From positions 62,000,001-62,064,000 of the forward strand of contig JBITNC010000001.1 of assembly GCA_050084985.1 (NCBI GenBank): a stretch of 64,000 bases of DNA, read 5' to 3'. This DNA is from Nageia nagi. Taxonomy: Eukaryota > Plantae > Pinophyta. Under the pieces are notes generated by a model. It ran no database searches and was not told where the DNA came from. It worked only from the letters and a program-made list of their open reading frames with translations. Made by a program: the position numbers and the translations under genes. This document shows, piece by piece, positions 13,901-28,384 of the stretch (positions within the stretch are counted from its first letter, which is position 1; every line of letters begins with the position of its first letter).

Positions 13901-16900
13901 TAGTATCTTTTCTTTTAAGTAGTTGGCTAATCAGTTGCTAGATCACTTTGGGATAAACATAAGAAAAAGAGTCTTTATCATGGATTTGATTAAGTTATCC
14001 CAATTTGGTGATGATTCCATTTAAAATTCTATGTGTCATTTGAGGGTGATTGTGACCAACATGCCCTATAGTTTTCTCCAAGAGGATTTGGTCAAGTTAT
14101 TCTCTAGGAGTTGCAACTAGCACATTTATTTTATCTTACAAATTCAAAGGAACCTTACCTTTGAAGATGCCTTAGCTCAAGAAAATATCATTGAAGATGT
14201 AAAAATTCAAGAAGATGAAATAAAGATTAGGAAGAAGGATAATAATAATAATCAAAAGATTCATAATAATGGTGTAAACCTTAACCTAGGCCATAAGAAA
14301 ACTAAGTTACATATGTGGTTAATCAAGCACAACCTATTTTACAACTAGCACCTCCTAGATAAAGGAAGAATCAACCAAGGAATTAATACCAAAAATAAGA
14401 TCAGGGGAAATACAATCAAGGTCATCAATGGAAATATAATGAAGGTAATAAAAGTAATCAAGGTAATAATTAGGTAAGACCTTATATACCACCAAGGAAA
14501 CCATAACAAAAATAAATTAATTGGACACCATTAGTGGAGCCTATAAATGACATACTTAAGAAACTTCTAGATGCAAGATTAATTATGCTTGTAAAGATAA
14601 GATAAGAGGAACCTAATGGTGAATGATCACATGGTATAGGGAAGATGATTTTGTGACTTCCATCATTGATAAGGGAATCCAACTAATAAGTGTCATTTTT
14701 TAAAAGCCACTATTCAAAGATTAATTGATGATGGTCATGTATCCATAGAAGCACCCCAAGCTCAAACCATTAGAGATCTAAGGGTATATCAAAATCTTTT
14801 ACCAAGGCATGGTCCCAATGTAAACCAAGTGAGTACCATGGACTCCACATCAAAACAAGTAATGCATGGTGGTCCTTTACCCATTATGTTTATTAGTATG
14901 AAGGGAATTGAGACAATTCATGTTGCCACTCATAAAGGGAGGGGAGGTGAGAGAGCACCTCCCTCTAGAGATACAGGAGAAAAATAGCCCATGTAGCTAG
15001 TTAATATTCAAGTCTCATCCTATCCTTCTAGACTAGTTATTACAATTTAGAATTAGTTGAAGTAATAATTAATATTATATGAGGCCTTCTATTAATGCCT
15101 ATGTATACTTTTGTATGATAGTTCAAGACTATATGAGGCCTTCTATTACTTTATACATGGATGAGGTGTATCATACTCTAGGATCATCTAATAAATATCC
15201 AACTATCTACATTATTGCATACATATATTAAAAATGAGTTAAGATAGACATGATTAATGAAGTGTTATACATCAATGTGGAATCTATAGCAACACTTCAA
15301 AATCTCTATATCCCTATGTATTATTTTAGTTCTCCCAATTTGGCCATCAGGGCATTTAATAATACATTGTATACCACTTTAGTAGTAGTTATGATTCCTA
15401 TTAAGGTCTAAGCGAGATTAGTTCTTATGCCTTTCCATGTTGTTAAAGGTGAGATGTAGTATAATATTATTTTGGTCCAACCTTGTATTTATGAGATGGA
15501 TAGTGTCTCCTCCTCAAGGAATGATTGCTTTAAGTATTTGTATAGTGGTAAGATTCATTGCATCCTAGTGGACCCTACTCCCTTTAGCCATTATAACCTT
15601 ATCTAAGCTCCTAATCTATTTTCTAATCTATTTTCTATGTTCAATTTATTTCCCATCACTATCCTTGTGAATAATAATCCTAATTAAGCATCATATAGTT
15701 GATAAGATCCCCAATCTTTTTATCTTCATCCTAATCAACCTATTGGATCACAACCTTCATCATTATCACCTCCATTGGATGTACCTCATCCTATGCATCC
15801 ACATGGTAAATTACCTAGTGAGTCTTTATCATCATAGTCATCAGGTTTTATGCCTCATATCAAAAAACCTCAATCCAATCTCACTCATCCTTAGTCATAT
15901 AATCAAGTTCCCCCCCATCATGATCTTTCTCAATCATCAAATGTGCCACTTCAACCTTCCCAAGAGGAAGAGTGCCATGCTTTTGCATTTGATCATATCA
16001 CCCTAGATAAGAATGATGATTATAATTCTAAACCTTACCCTTTTTTAGTGAAATATACTAACCTAAGTTAAGGGGAATATCATATTAAGGATGTATCATG
16101 TAATGTTGAATCAATTAATGATTTTAGCAAACCTTAGGATGCTTCCATCACTATTGGGTCTATGATTCATTTGGGTGAATGTCCCAAGCAATCATTTTTA
16201 ATTTATGTTGGTATTTATTATCCATATTATTTACCTTTTAACCATCCTTTGAAAGAGAGGTTTTGTGCTAAATTCAATTACTTGTCATATCTTGACTTTA
16301 TTTGATGATATTTTTTAGTATTGTAAATGGCAAGGTTATGGGTTGGAAAAGTTTGAGCAAGGTATAGTTCATGCCTTCCAAACCAATTTTCAAGATAGTG
16401 ATGATAATTAGGGCCTTGATTTTAAAGGTCCCAAATCCTCCATGCTTAAAGAGGAATTTTCCAACCTTTGCATTCATGATGAGCCCTTTGATGTTGATAA
16501 TATTGATAATTATTTTCATCCAACTAGTCCTAGTTTGTTAGATTGTTCTATCATGTTTGATTTATTTGATGATCCTTTATCTTCAAATGTGATTTTTCTA
16601 TCAATATGATTTCTATCCATGAGCTTTATTCTTTTTATCATCCCCTTAATGGTGACTTTTTGATTACTATTGGTCTTGAATCCATAGATTTCTCCTTGCC
16701 ACCATTAGGTTTCTTTTCACCATATGATGTTTGTTTTCCTTCTCATTAGTCATTTGATGAAGCATCTTTTTCATGTTTTATGTATTCCATTTTTGATCCT
16801 ATCAAATATGATTAATCATATCTTCTCATCCTTTAGCAACTTGAGTAAGGGTTCCACATGCATGTTGGGGGCCTAGTTGAGATTGATATTAGTGATGACC

Positions 16901-18931
16901 CTAAGAATCCTAAAATCATCTATGTTGGTGATGTTTTGAATGAGTTTAAACATGACTTAGCTAAGTCCATTTTGATCAAGTGTCATAAAATCTATACCTT
17001 TGGTTATAGTGACATACCAAGTTTAGATCCTAACCTTTATTGCATAACATTATAACTTATCCTAATGTCAAATTGATCAAGCAAAAATTTAAAAAGTTTA
17101 ATCTAGCATAGTATCTTTTGATCAAGGATGAGCTTCAAAATGTTTTGAAGGATCGCTTCATCAAATCTATTGATTAACCCAAGTGAGTTTCCAATATGGT
17201 TCCTATCAATCAATCCAATGGTTGTATCCATATTTGTATATATTTTCATTATCTTAACAAGGTATGTCCTAAGGATGCTTCCCACTACCCAACATCAATA
17301 TGTTAGTTGACAATACTATAGGGTATGAGGTGTTATCCATCATGGATGGGTTTTTAGGTTATAACAAAATTTGGGTAAATCCTAATGAGCAAAATAAAAT
17401 GGCCTTCACCACCCCTTGGGAAACTTAATATTATTGAGTCATGCCTTTGGGTTTTAAAAATATTCGAGCCACCTATCAAAGAGTCGTGACTTACATCTTT
17501 CATGACATGATGCATGATATCATGGAAGATTATGTTGATGATATTTTAGCTAAGTCCAAGATACATGAATGACATTAGGATGTTCTCCATATGATCATTC
17601 ACCATCTTCTCAAGCATAATGTTAGGTTGAAGCCTAATAAGTGTGTTTTTTGTGTCATATCAGGTAAGCTTCTAGGTTTTATAGTATCAAAGAGAGTCAT
17701 TAGGATCAATCCTACAAAGGTAAAAACTATCATCGATATGCCTCATCCTCATAGTTTTAATAGCTTAAGGACTCTCGAAGGTAAGATTCAAGCCATTCAT
17801 TGATTTATAGCTCAGCTTTTAGACAAGTGTCATCCCTTCAATGAGCTCTCTAATAAGGATGTGGTATTTGAGTGGAATGAGAAGTACCAACAAGCTCTTG
17901 ATGATTTTAAACAATATCTCACCACTCCCCCTATCTTGACCCCTCTTAGGGATGAACCCCTTTCTATCTTTATCTTTCAATGATCAATTTTTACTTAGGA
18001 GTCATGCTTTCTTAGAAGAACATTGAAGGCAAGGAGCAATCCATTTATTACCTCAATCATACCCTTATTGATTACAAGGTTAGGTACATCTATATAGACT
18101 AATTTTTTTACCATCATATTCATATCCAAGAAATTACATCACTATATGCCTAATCACATAACTTATGTAATTTCTCATGCTAATCCCCTCTAGCATATGA
18201 TGACCAAGATTTATCATAATTCATGAACATCCAAGTGGCTCATGTTTTTGTTAGAGATTAACCTTGATATTGTTAGTTATAAATCCATTAAGGGTTAGGT
18301 TATATATGATTAGATGGCCAAATCTCCCTTACCCAATAACTCTCCTCTCAATATCAATCTCCCTAATGAGGAATTTTTAAGATTAATGAAGAGGAGGAAC
18401 CCATTAATAAACATGAGAAATTTTATATAGCTATGTATTTTGATGGATATAAGTGTGAACAAAGGGATGGTATAGGTATTGTCTTCATCATGCCTCATGG
18501 TGTCCCCATCCTTTATTCCTTCAAGTTAGCTTTCTCTTGTACCAATGACAATGTAAAGTATGAAGCCTTGATTCTAGATCTTAGGACTACCATCAACCTT
18601 AAGATTGAGAGACTCATGATCTATGGTGAATCCCTTTTAGTAATCAATCAAATATTGGGAGTTTATCAATATCATAATGAACTCCTTAGGTCATATAGGG
18701 AGGAGTTTTTTAAACTCCTATAGCTCTTTAAATCCTATAAGATTGAGTCAACCCCTAGGTATTCTAATTAGTTTATAGACACCAGGGATTCTTTAGGGTC
18801 ATTCATTCCACTTAATCCATATGGACACATTCAACATGTAGAATTTGTGAATATCAAGGATTCATCCCTTAAGTCACCTTTATCTTCCCCTCTTATTGAA
18901 GCTAGTGTTAGTGAGAATTTAGTCGAGTCTC

Positions 18932-19059
18932 AAGACTTATGGTACAAGCAACTTTATGAGTACCTTACATGGAATTCCTTACCTTCATATATGTTGGCTA
19001 ATAAGACTTATGGTACAAGCAACTTCATGAGTACCTTACATGGAATTCCTTACCTTCAT
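18932..19059. repeat. 57-bp direct duplication (period 71) inside element 2 pol
   Basis: aagacttatggtacaagcaactt(t/c)atgagtaccttacatggaattccttaccttcat occurs twice with one mismatch. Confidence 0.95.
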
Positions 19060-22000
19060 GATACTTAGTACATGCTTGTAGGTTATTTACTTTATAAGTG
19101 ATCTTTCAAAGGATTCCTTCATTTCCTTAAGCTTTGTAACCAACAAATTACCATGTTGGATTATTGTGATGGCATTTATGGTGGATACTTTAATAGAATT
19201 TCTATTGCTAAATGTCTCTTATGAATGGGTTATTATTGGCCTACCATGGAACATGATTGTAATGAATTCCATAAGAAATGTATCAAGTATTAGCAACATG
19301 CCCATATTTAACACATGTCTTCTTAGCCTCTTCATCCCATCTAGGCCATGTGGCCTCTCACCCAATAGGGTTTCAATCTCATCGATTAGTTTGTCCATCC
19401 TTTATCTAGAAGTCATAATTCATTATCACTACCATTGAGTACCTTAGCAAGTGGGTAGAGGTAGTTCCTTTAGTCTCAACTACTAGTCCTAAGATAGTAT
19501 CTTTCATAGAGATTCATATCATTTATTAATTTAGTATTCCTTCAAATTTCCTTACTAATAATAGTCCTAACTTTAAGAATCAACATTTCATTCCTTATTA
19601 CCCTCAGGGTAATGGTCAAGTTGAGGCCACTAATAAGATGATTATCATAATTCTTAAGAAAATGGTTAATAAAAATCATTGTAATTGGCATGAGTTTCTC
19701 CCATACACTTTATGGGTATATCATGCTAGCATTCAGATACACATAGATGCTAATCTCTTTTCTCTTATTTATGGTGTAGAGGCTATCATGCCTCTTGATA
19801 TTAAGATCCCTTCCTTGCACATGTCACTCAAACACTTAATCCCTAATGAAGAAGCTCATCAAGCTCAATTATACAAACTCATTTTTGCTTGATGAGAGGT
19901 GCATGAATATGATTGAGCATCACCAGATTTATCAAGAGCATCTTGAGCAAGAATTTAACAAGAAAGTCCAACCTCACGAGTTCCAATTTGGTGACCTTAT
20001 TCTCAAAGAGAAATAGTAACAATCCCATCTTGAGCATGCTCTTAGGGACAAGTTTATTTCTAATTGGCTAGGCCCCTATATCATTAAGCACAAGATTGGT
20101 TTAAGTGTGTATCATCTTGCTGATTTAGAAGGAAAATAAAAACTTGACCCTATCAATATCATCCATATCCATCCTTTTTATGCTTTATTTTTTTGTTGAT
20201 CATTTCTCTCTTTGTTATTTTTTATTTGGTGCGCTTTTTTCATGTTAGCTTGATTACTACTATCTTCTTCTTTACCCAAAGTTGAGGGATGGTATAATAT
20301 GTGTGAGTACTTGTCTTTTTGTTGGGAATTTTTATCACTTTGCATCATTCATTCCTTTTGTTTTATTTTGAATCATCTCATCAAGACTTGATACTCGAGC
20401 CTATCCCTCCTTTCATGGATTCACACTCATGTGTGCTTCTAGGTAGGGCCATAGTCACTCATATCCTAACCACTTTATGTCACATCCTTTCTTCTCTTAT
20501 TTATTTATCTCACACTTCATCACTTGCATTTCTCATATCATTTGGTATCAAGATTGGTCCTCCTCTAGGGTTGACCATTGGACATTATCTCTCAAATCCT
20601 TACCAAAGTAAGAACAATTCTAAATATGCATGGAAGTTGGTCCCTTATGTACCTAGAAGAGTCTAGGCATTATTTGTTCATTTTTTGCATCATATTATAC
20701 CACTAACATCATTGTATGTCCATTTGTTGTCTCTTATCATCTTGTCTCATCTATAGTTCCCCATGAGGACATAACCACTAGGGTCATAGCCAATTTAGGT
20801 TGCCTTTCATTATTCCCTCAATTTTGACTATAGATTATGACTATCATGGTTTTTGAGGTAAATGCTTATGTTACATATGACTTGGGACGCACTTTGGCAT
20901 CTTTTGATGACACATCTCATGACTTGTCATTTAGCAATTTTTGTTATTTTTGTCTCTCGTATTTTATAGTATTTCCACTTACACTAGTTGTGTTTTGGTA
21001 TTTTAGCATTTTATTTATTATTTCCCTTCACATTGACATCTTTTATTTCATCTTGTTTACCTATCTTGATCATTTTTTGTTTACCCAAAGTCACTACTCC
21101 ACGTTGTATGCTATCTTGATAAGCATGCATGCCAACATTGTCATTTCTTTTTTATTTTCTAAACATAGTATTTTATGGTATGTTATATCATTTTGAGTCA
21201 CTCTATTAATTTTTATTATGTTTCAAATTCATTAGTTGTGATTTCAAATTTTAGAGACATAGGTATTGAATTTTGACCCTTGTAAAAATTGGCTATCTGA
21301 TTTATCATTTTTGTGCATCAAATGGTCTTCATTTTCACATCCTTCTTTTTCTAATCCTTATTTGATATAAACATAATAATCATGTCAATTTTTAATTCTA
21401 TATATCATCATTTAATATCTTTTTGAAATCCAAATATAAAGCTACTTGGAATGACATTTTTTTAGTGACCACTAAAGGGTGTCACACCTTGATAAGTTGC
21501 CTTTGATTTGGACCTCATAAATCAATCAAATGGACTCCATTTTTTGAACTATTTGATCATGTAGTTATATCATAATACCATATATCATATCATCAAGGTA
21601 GTTCATCAAATCATCAATGTGGTCACTTGTTATTATCTATCAAATTTTGTAATTTTTCACTTTTTCAAAACTGTTATTTTTACTTTGGTTTTGTTCCAAT
21701 CTAATTTGATTGCATTTTAGAAGCAGCTCATTCTAGCCTATGTTTGTATTTGTTTTCCTTAGCATAAATCAAGTATTTCAAGGGGGTGTTTATGATATGT
21801 TCCCTACCTCATTTTATGCATCATCACAATAAAAATCTAGTAGCATTTTGGCTTGCTTTTCTTAGTCTTTTATGTTTTCTTGTCAATGTGGTTATCTTGT
21901 CCAAATATTTTTGTATCATATATCTTATTTTTGTGTTGTTATTATATTTTATCTTTTTAATATATTTTTATCATTTTTAGTCATGCCTTTTGTCATTCTC

Positions 22001-22945
22001 TCTTTCTTTTTCAGGTTTATGTATTTTTTATGTGACATTACTTTATCTTTTTAATTTTCATTTGTGCTTTTCCATTTTCCATTGTCCTCATCATTTGATT
22101 AACTATACAAGTTCCTTTTAAGTTCATTATAGAGTTTCATTTAATATCATTATACATATTTTAAGATCATTTTTATGTTCACTTTGAGTTCATTTTATTG
22201 TTATCAAATGTATTTATGTGGTCCATTTGTTATCTTTAATCACTTTTTTTGTCTTTTACTTATGTCATTTTGTGCATTTAATGTTTGCATGTGTTATTCA
22301 TTTTCTTTTGTTATTTATGTGTGTCTTTTTATCCATGCATTCATCATGTTTCCTTACATTCATTCCATTTCATTTCATATTTCATTCATATATAATAATA
22401 AGTACAAGCATACATATAAGCAAAACCATCACATTACGTCACATCATATAGTTACATATCATAAGGTCTCATGTACATGTCCATCCATCTAGGTATATCA
22501 TCCTATAGTAGCATCTCATAATAAAAAACAAGTAATATGTATTCCATCCATAAACCATAATGCATACATATAGTACAAATAATCATCAATGTGTCATATC
22601 ATATGTAAAAAATATGGATATAATATTTATCATACATAGTCTCATGACCATACATACTCAAAAATACAATAATGATAAAAAATTTGCACTCCCTAGAACC
22701 TAACAAAATCATGACCACAATTGTGGCCCATGCAACTCAATTCACTACTCCTTCCTATCATGACTTCTATGCCCCTCCTATCTCTAATGGCCCACCTAGT
22801 GTCTAGGGGACTCTAAAAACTCCACTTGGGTAACCTACCCCAATTGAGCAATTGCTACTTGAACTCCTCACACTCTATGCCATGGTGGTCATATGAGTAC
22901 AACTTTGGCTTTGTGATTGCATCCTACCACCAAACACAGGCTCAA

Positions 22946-23408
22946 TGATGGAATTGAAGGATTTCATATAACCAAGATCTCCTTGGAGTTTCTTCAACAA
23001 GAATGTGACATTCATCCATCTAGTAAAGGCAAAAAATAATCACACAAAATATAACACATGATGTATAGTGGTTCCTCCATCTCTTGAGATTACATCCACT
23101 TTGAACCATCATTCTATTACTTTCTCAGAAGATAATTCTCATACAAATTCTCAAGATAAGCATTACCATGCTTGATCAAGTTCCATAATGAGAGGAGTAC
23201 CTCTCTATTTATAAGAACTAGCCTACCCTTTAACCTTTCTTTTACCCAAGGGTAAGGTTAAAGGTGTTTCTATATTTATTCCTCTTTCTATTTTTATTCC
23301 CTTAATGCTTTAAGGTATATAAAGATACTTTAAGAATTAAGTGAATTTACACTAAAGAGAAATATTACATAATAAATATTACACAATATTACATTACAAT
23401 TTCAAACA
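22946..23408. mobile_element. Solo LTR (463 bp) with a perfect 5-bp TSD
   Basis: CTCAA (22941-22945) | TGATGGAATTG...CAATTTCAAACA | CTCAA (23409-23413). TG...CA ends, imperfect terminal inverted repeats, no coding content. Confidence 0.88.
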
Positions 23409-23419
23409 CTCAATAGTAT

Positions 23420-25180
23420 CAATCCTTATGGTCATTAGCTACACTTAGCAAGTGAGTTCCCTCACCACCTCTCTCTAACATTGGTCCAATTCTATATGAT
23501 ATACATGTTGTGTGACCATCATGCCCTTCATCTATATAAAGGTATCAATATATCCCTATGATTTGGCCTCCTTAATATGGAAACCTACCTTTAAGTGTGA
23601 TACTCATATCCTCATGGTATCCACTAATAGCTATGTTTGGAGGCATCCCTCAGCTAAGGCTTCCTCCAAATGTGCCCTTAGTCCTATGATCTACACCTGT
23701 AGTGTATTTCTTTGAGCTGCTATTGCATCTTGCTTGGTGATAACTACATCCTACTGATAGAAGGTTGCATCCCTCTCACCCAAAAACCTAGTTACACTTT
23801 GCTAAGATATCTACCTTATGAGCCTCCTACTCACCTCCAAATGTTCCCATCACTATATCAAATGCCACATGATCAAAGGGTTAATCCTCCCCCTTTACAA
23901 CCTCAATGGTTGTAGGTCCTCCTACTCTTGGTCCCATAGGTGCACCTAATGTACCCAATGATGTTGCTACTACTAGTATAGCTGCAACTACTTCCTCTTC
24001 CTTATCAAATCCTCCTATTATTGTTAATGGTGGAGCATCCCATATATGACTATTCACTCCCACTATAGATCCCACCCTGCATCATAATTAGCTATCATAC
24101 CTACATCATCAACATTGGGTATCACCACAACCACATTTGGGGTTGCATTGGGCTCTATGTAATGTATCATGGTAAGTATCCTAGTGCCTTAATGTTCCTA
24201 TACAACACTAGATTCGATTGGATATCTTATCAAAATACCATGTTATCAAGTAACTCACTCAAATCTAAATATCTCTACATCCCTTGATCTCTTCCTATGT
24301 AAGTCATAGGGTTGATGTACATGTGTCAATTGCTTCACATCCTTGGCCCATGCCAAGCTTCCTCTCTAGTATCTAAAGATCATGTTCTTAATGTGTAGGA
24401 TAGCCCACATACTTTGGTGCAAAGTATACATGATCTCATATGGTTATCTCAAAGGCAACTCATGTTCTCTCACCCTTAAATGGGTGTATGGTCTTGGGGT
24501 TTTTATGTACATCATATGGTAGGCTATGGGGATGCACCACTTGTACATTATCCCATTCCTATATCTAAATCAATAGTGAATCCATAATCCCAACCCTACC
24601 TCTCAAGAGGTCAACCAACTATTTGTATATATGTTGGAGGATGGTTGGGGCCCATGCATACATGATCCCCTCCTCTATAATATCATGCACATTGTATAAT
24701 AAATTCTAAGGGATCCTATTCCCATTGGTATTTGTTAATAAAAATTTGTTGATTATGGTCATCACCATCACCTCCTATGTAATCAATAGTCCCTCCTCAT
24801 ACACTATAATGTAGTCCACCCCTTCATGGCCTATGTTGATAGTCTACTACCCATATCTAAATACCCACTACATAGTCTAGCTCTTGAATGTAGCTACTAT
24901 TAGCATCCTCCCCTCTACTAACACTCAAAAGATATGGTAGACATCCTCTAAAATGATCATCATCTTCTTGGTGTAAAAATGAAAGGTGTCATATTGAGAA
25001 TCTCAATGCTCCACCAAGGTATAGATACACACCTTATCTACTATGATAGTCCTCAATCATGTAGCCCCCACTAAGTGCACCACATATAGCCACACCCAAT
25101 CTACATCATTCAGTACCATGTGCATATCCTTTAGGATAAGCTTGAACTTATGCTAGGTCTTAAATTGAAACCTATTCATG
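23420..25180 (-). pseudogene. Decayed antisense ORF with a plant mobile domain (PMD, aminotransferase-like, MAIN/MAIL type) carried by element 2
   Basis: Manual minus-strand translation gives TLVEH*DSQYDTFHFYTKKMMIILEDVYHIF*VLVEG (~24910-25020), matching the PMD motif ALVERWxxETHTFHLPxGEMTITLEDVxxILxLPIxG. Also YAWAPTILQHIYK*L (~24615-24660), matching YAWGxAxLAxLYRxL. Confidence 0.85.
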
Positions 25181-27061
25181 TAGGTCTTGTGTTATTCCTT
25201 TTATCATTTCTTGTAAGCCTCTATTTTTTATAAGTTATTCCTTTTGATAATAATTTATTAGTCTCATCTATGTCTTCTTGGTCTTATGATTCCTAGTCTA
25301 TCATTCATATAAGTTTTTTGGTCCATTTATGTCTTTTTGTATGTCCTACATCCTATCTTTTATGTTTAGCCTTAACTAGTCTACATTAGGTCAACTAATT
25401 TGAATTAGTTGATATCCTACAAATCAAACAATGGACCAATTGTATGATTGAGTAGATGATAAACTAGAAGGCTCCCAGATCCAATTGAGATTCAATTACA
25501 AGAATATAGAATGCAAAAATATTAACCTTTTGAAAGTATCAATTTAAGATTACACTCCTTAATATGCAATTGCAAATTTTGTAAATTGCCTCAATTAGCA
25601 TAACTTAGAATTATTGATGTTCTTGAGAGAGTAGTAGCTCAAGGTATAGAAAATGCATTGGACAACCTAAACAAACAAATGCAATTTCTTATGAAAAGTA
25701 TGCTAATAATAGTGGTGGTTCCACTACCCTTGTGTTTTATAATTTCTAATTTTGTATATCATATAGGTTGCATTTCATATAAGTTGCAAGAGTCAATCTC
25801 TTGCATGTATTTGATTACCATGAAAAATTTCATCAAGTTTTTAATCATTCTAACTTTATATCTTTATATGTTCAATCATTTTCTATCTCTTATTATTTTC
25901 TTTTTTGCATCTTTTCATCCTCATCATTTCATTGAGTCTATTTCTTTCATCAAATATTTTCTTATCTCTATCTCTCATAAAGATTCTCAAATTTACCATG
26001 CTAATTAAATATCTCATGTATAAGGTAGTCTTGTGTCTAGTTATTGCATCCCATATTAGTTGTATTTCATGAAAATCTTTAAAAATAAAAAATTCATAAG
26101 AAGGATCAAGATATGAACATGTACATAAATCAAAATCAAAATAAAGTGGATATAATCTCAGCTAGGGTCTATATAATTTTTAGTTAGGGGTAGTATCAAT
26201 TTCAGCTGGGTAGAGTAAAAGGTAGAAATTCAGACCTCAATATCAGAAATAACAAAATTAAGTTACAAGAAATAGAGTGTGCATGCTTTTGTAATATAGT
26301 ATATGCAATGCTAATTCCATGAAAAATAATTCAAAATTGCCCATTCTAGGGGAACATAGGCAAGTACAGGTAAAGTATATCATCTCAAATATCATAATAT
26401 TAAAAATATTTATGATAGTTATATCATGCTATATTATGCTATCATCATGTTATGATTATCATCCTTATGTTATGTTTATCATATAGAAGATGAGTTTAGA
26501 TAATTCTTTGAAAATCAGAGTGACCATAACGTGTGAAGAATCTCTTCAAGGTGTTAGCATCGTAAACTATTTATGAAATTTATTGCAAAATTTTTTGTAA
26601 TTGATGAATTAAGACCACTATTTCTTTGATTATATGGTATGAAAAGTGAACATTGCATATTCTATTATTATGATTGCTTTTTCAATAGAATGCATGTTTT
26701 ACTAACAAAATTTGAAAATTCAAGGCGATTGGCAAACCCATAAGCATAATCTTCACAATTACAAGTCAATTTGATCATAACATATATTCCAAGCTTTGGG
26801 CATATCCTTACCTCATTAGCTTCATCTTCATATACTATGAATTGAAACAATAATATTCTAATAATGAATGATATATTAATAGCATCAAAAATAAAGTTAT
26901 CATCTCTTGAATAACTAATAGAGGCCATTTTCTTCTACATGCTCAGGAAATAGAGCATCCTTTTACTTGGGACTATAACCAACCTAAGTGTTTAGGAAAA
27001 AGAGCACCTTCTAATGCTTTGGGGTAAAAAGCACCCATTTTGTAGGGGACACAAGCAAACT

Positions 27062-27210
27062 TGTAATGTCATGTTATGTTATGTTATGTAATATTATGTT
27101 ATGTTATGTTATATCATGTTATGTAATGTTAAGTAAGGTTATATCATGTTATGAGATGTTATGTCATGTTATCATCATGTTATGTTTATTTTAAATCATG
27201 TTATGATTAT
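27062..27210. repeat. (ATGTT)n degenerate microsatellite
   Basis: atgttatgttatgtt... run. A related short run lies at ~26420-26480. Confidence 0.9.
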
Positions 27211-28384
27211 CATCTTGTAATTCTACAATTTTATATTCCTTTAAAAGATATGATCTATGTCGATATGTTTCTTTCATATTTTGTAAACTATTCTCACATT
27301 ATATTTTTACCTTGGTTTCCCCATCCATGGAGCTTTCTTAGAAAAATCAACTCAAAAATGGGGCATGAAGGAGGCAACAAGTTGATGACATTTAAAAAAC
27401 TATTCAAGGAAGTGCTCTTTACATTCTATTGTAAATTTTCCTACACTTCTCTTTCATTGTTTCGATTATGTAATTTCACTGCTTTTCATTACATATCCAA
27501 AGAGGGGACAAATGAAGATGATTAAAAATGATTTATTATTTATTAATAAATCATATTTTAAGTATCTACATTATATATTATTTAAAGCATGCAAATATCT
27601 ATAATATCAAGGCTAATGTGTTAATTAAATGTCAAACATGTGTTAATCAATGCTAATATCTCTTAATCATATTTATATCTAGAATTATCTTGAGAATATC
27701 ATTAACATTGCATGTTATTCTATATTTCTATTGAAATGATTATTATTCTTCTAAATTTGGATCTCACTCTTTCTTTTTTCCTTGTAGGTATAAAATGATA
27801 TGCACAACTCACTAACCCCTATCAGATCTCTTTGATAGGTGGTTGTCTATACATTAATCATACTACACTTATAGTGTCTCTAGACACCACCTATTCAAGG
27901 ATATATTATGATATGAGCATTTACTACATTTTATGCTTTTGTGCATAATTTAATTCTATAGATTTCATGACATCCATGGCATAGATTTCATCCATTACCT
28001 ACAATGTGCATCTTCATGGTCTAGAGCTATAGAAAAAGAAGGTGATGCATTCTTATTCACATGATGGAATATCATTTGCATGCACATACTTGATCCGATC
28101 CAATCCTCCATTTACTCTTTCTATACTTTGATGATTATTTTCTTCTAGTATTAGGTGCATACTTTCTTGTTTTTATTTAGATAACTTAGATAAGTGAATT
28201 GTATTTATATTGTATATTTATATTTATTGTAGCAAATCATAATTTAGAGTCTATTATATGACTATGAAAACCTCCACCATACTTCATTACCACTTATAGA
28301 TCCTTAAGTGATCCATAATCACAATATGCTTATAGCATACTCAAATCCTCACTTATATATTTGAAAATGATAATAACTCCACTA

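Larger units (their letters stand above)
11600..26100 (+). mobile_element. Decayed Ty3/gypsy Tat/Ogre-type retrotransposon with a long 3' region (element 2)
   Basis: gag (KGKEDPREHIRKFKYSC ~13755), protease remnants (~15230-15560), G-patch (WQGYGLEKFEQGI ~16328), RT (MDGFLGYN ~17342; YVDD ~17531), RNase H, aRH (MYFDGYKC...CTNDNVKYEALI, 18433-18723), integrase to ~20185 (KFISNWLGPY). About 6 kb of 3' sequence follows. No 3' LTR was recognised. Confidence 0.9.

Noticed and set aside
20319-22492. Hydrophobic ORFs as membrane or env-like proteins
   Set aside because: The Phe/Leu/Ile richness follows from T-rich low-complexity UTR DNA. No conserved motif.
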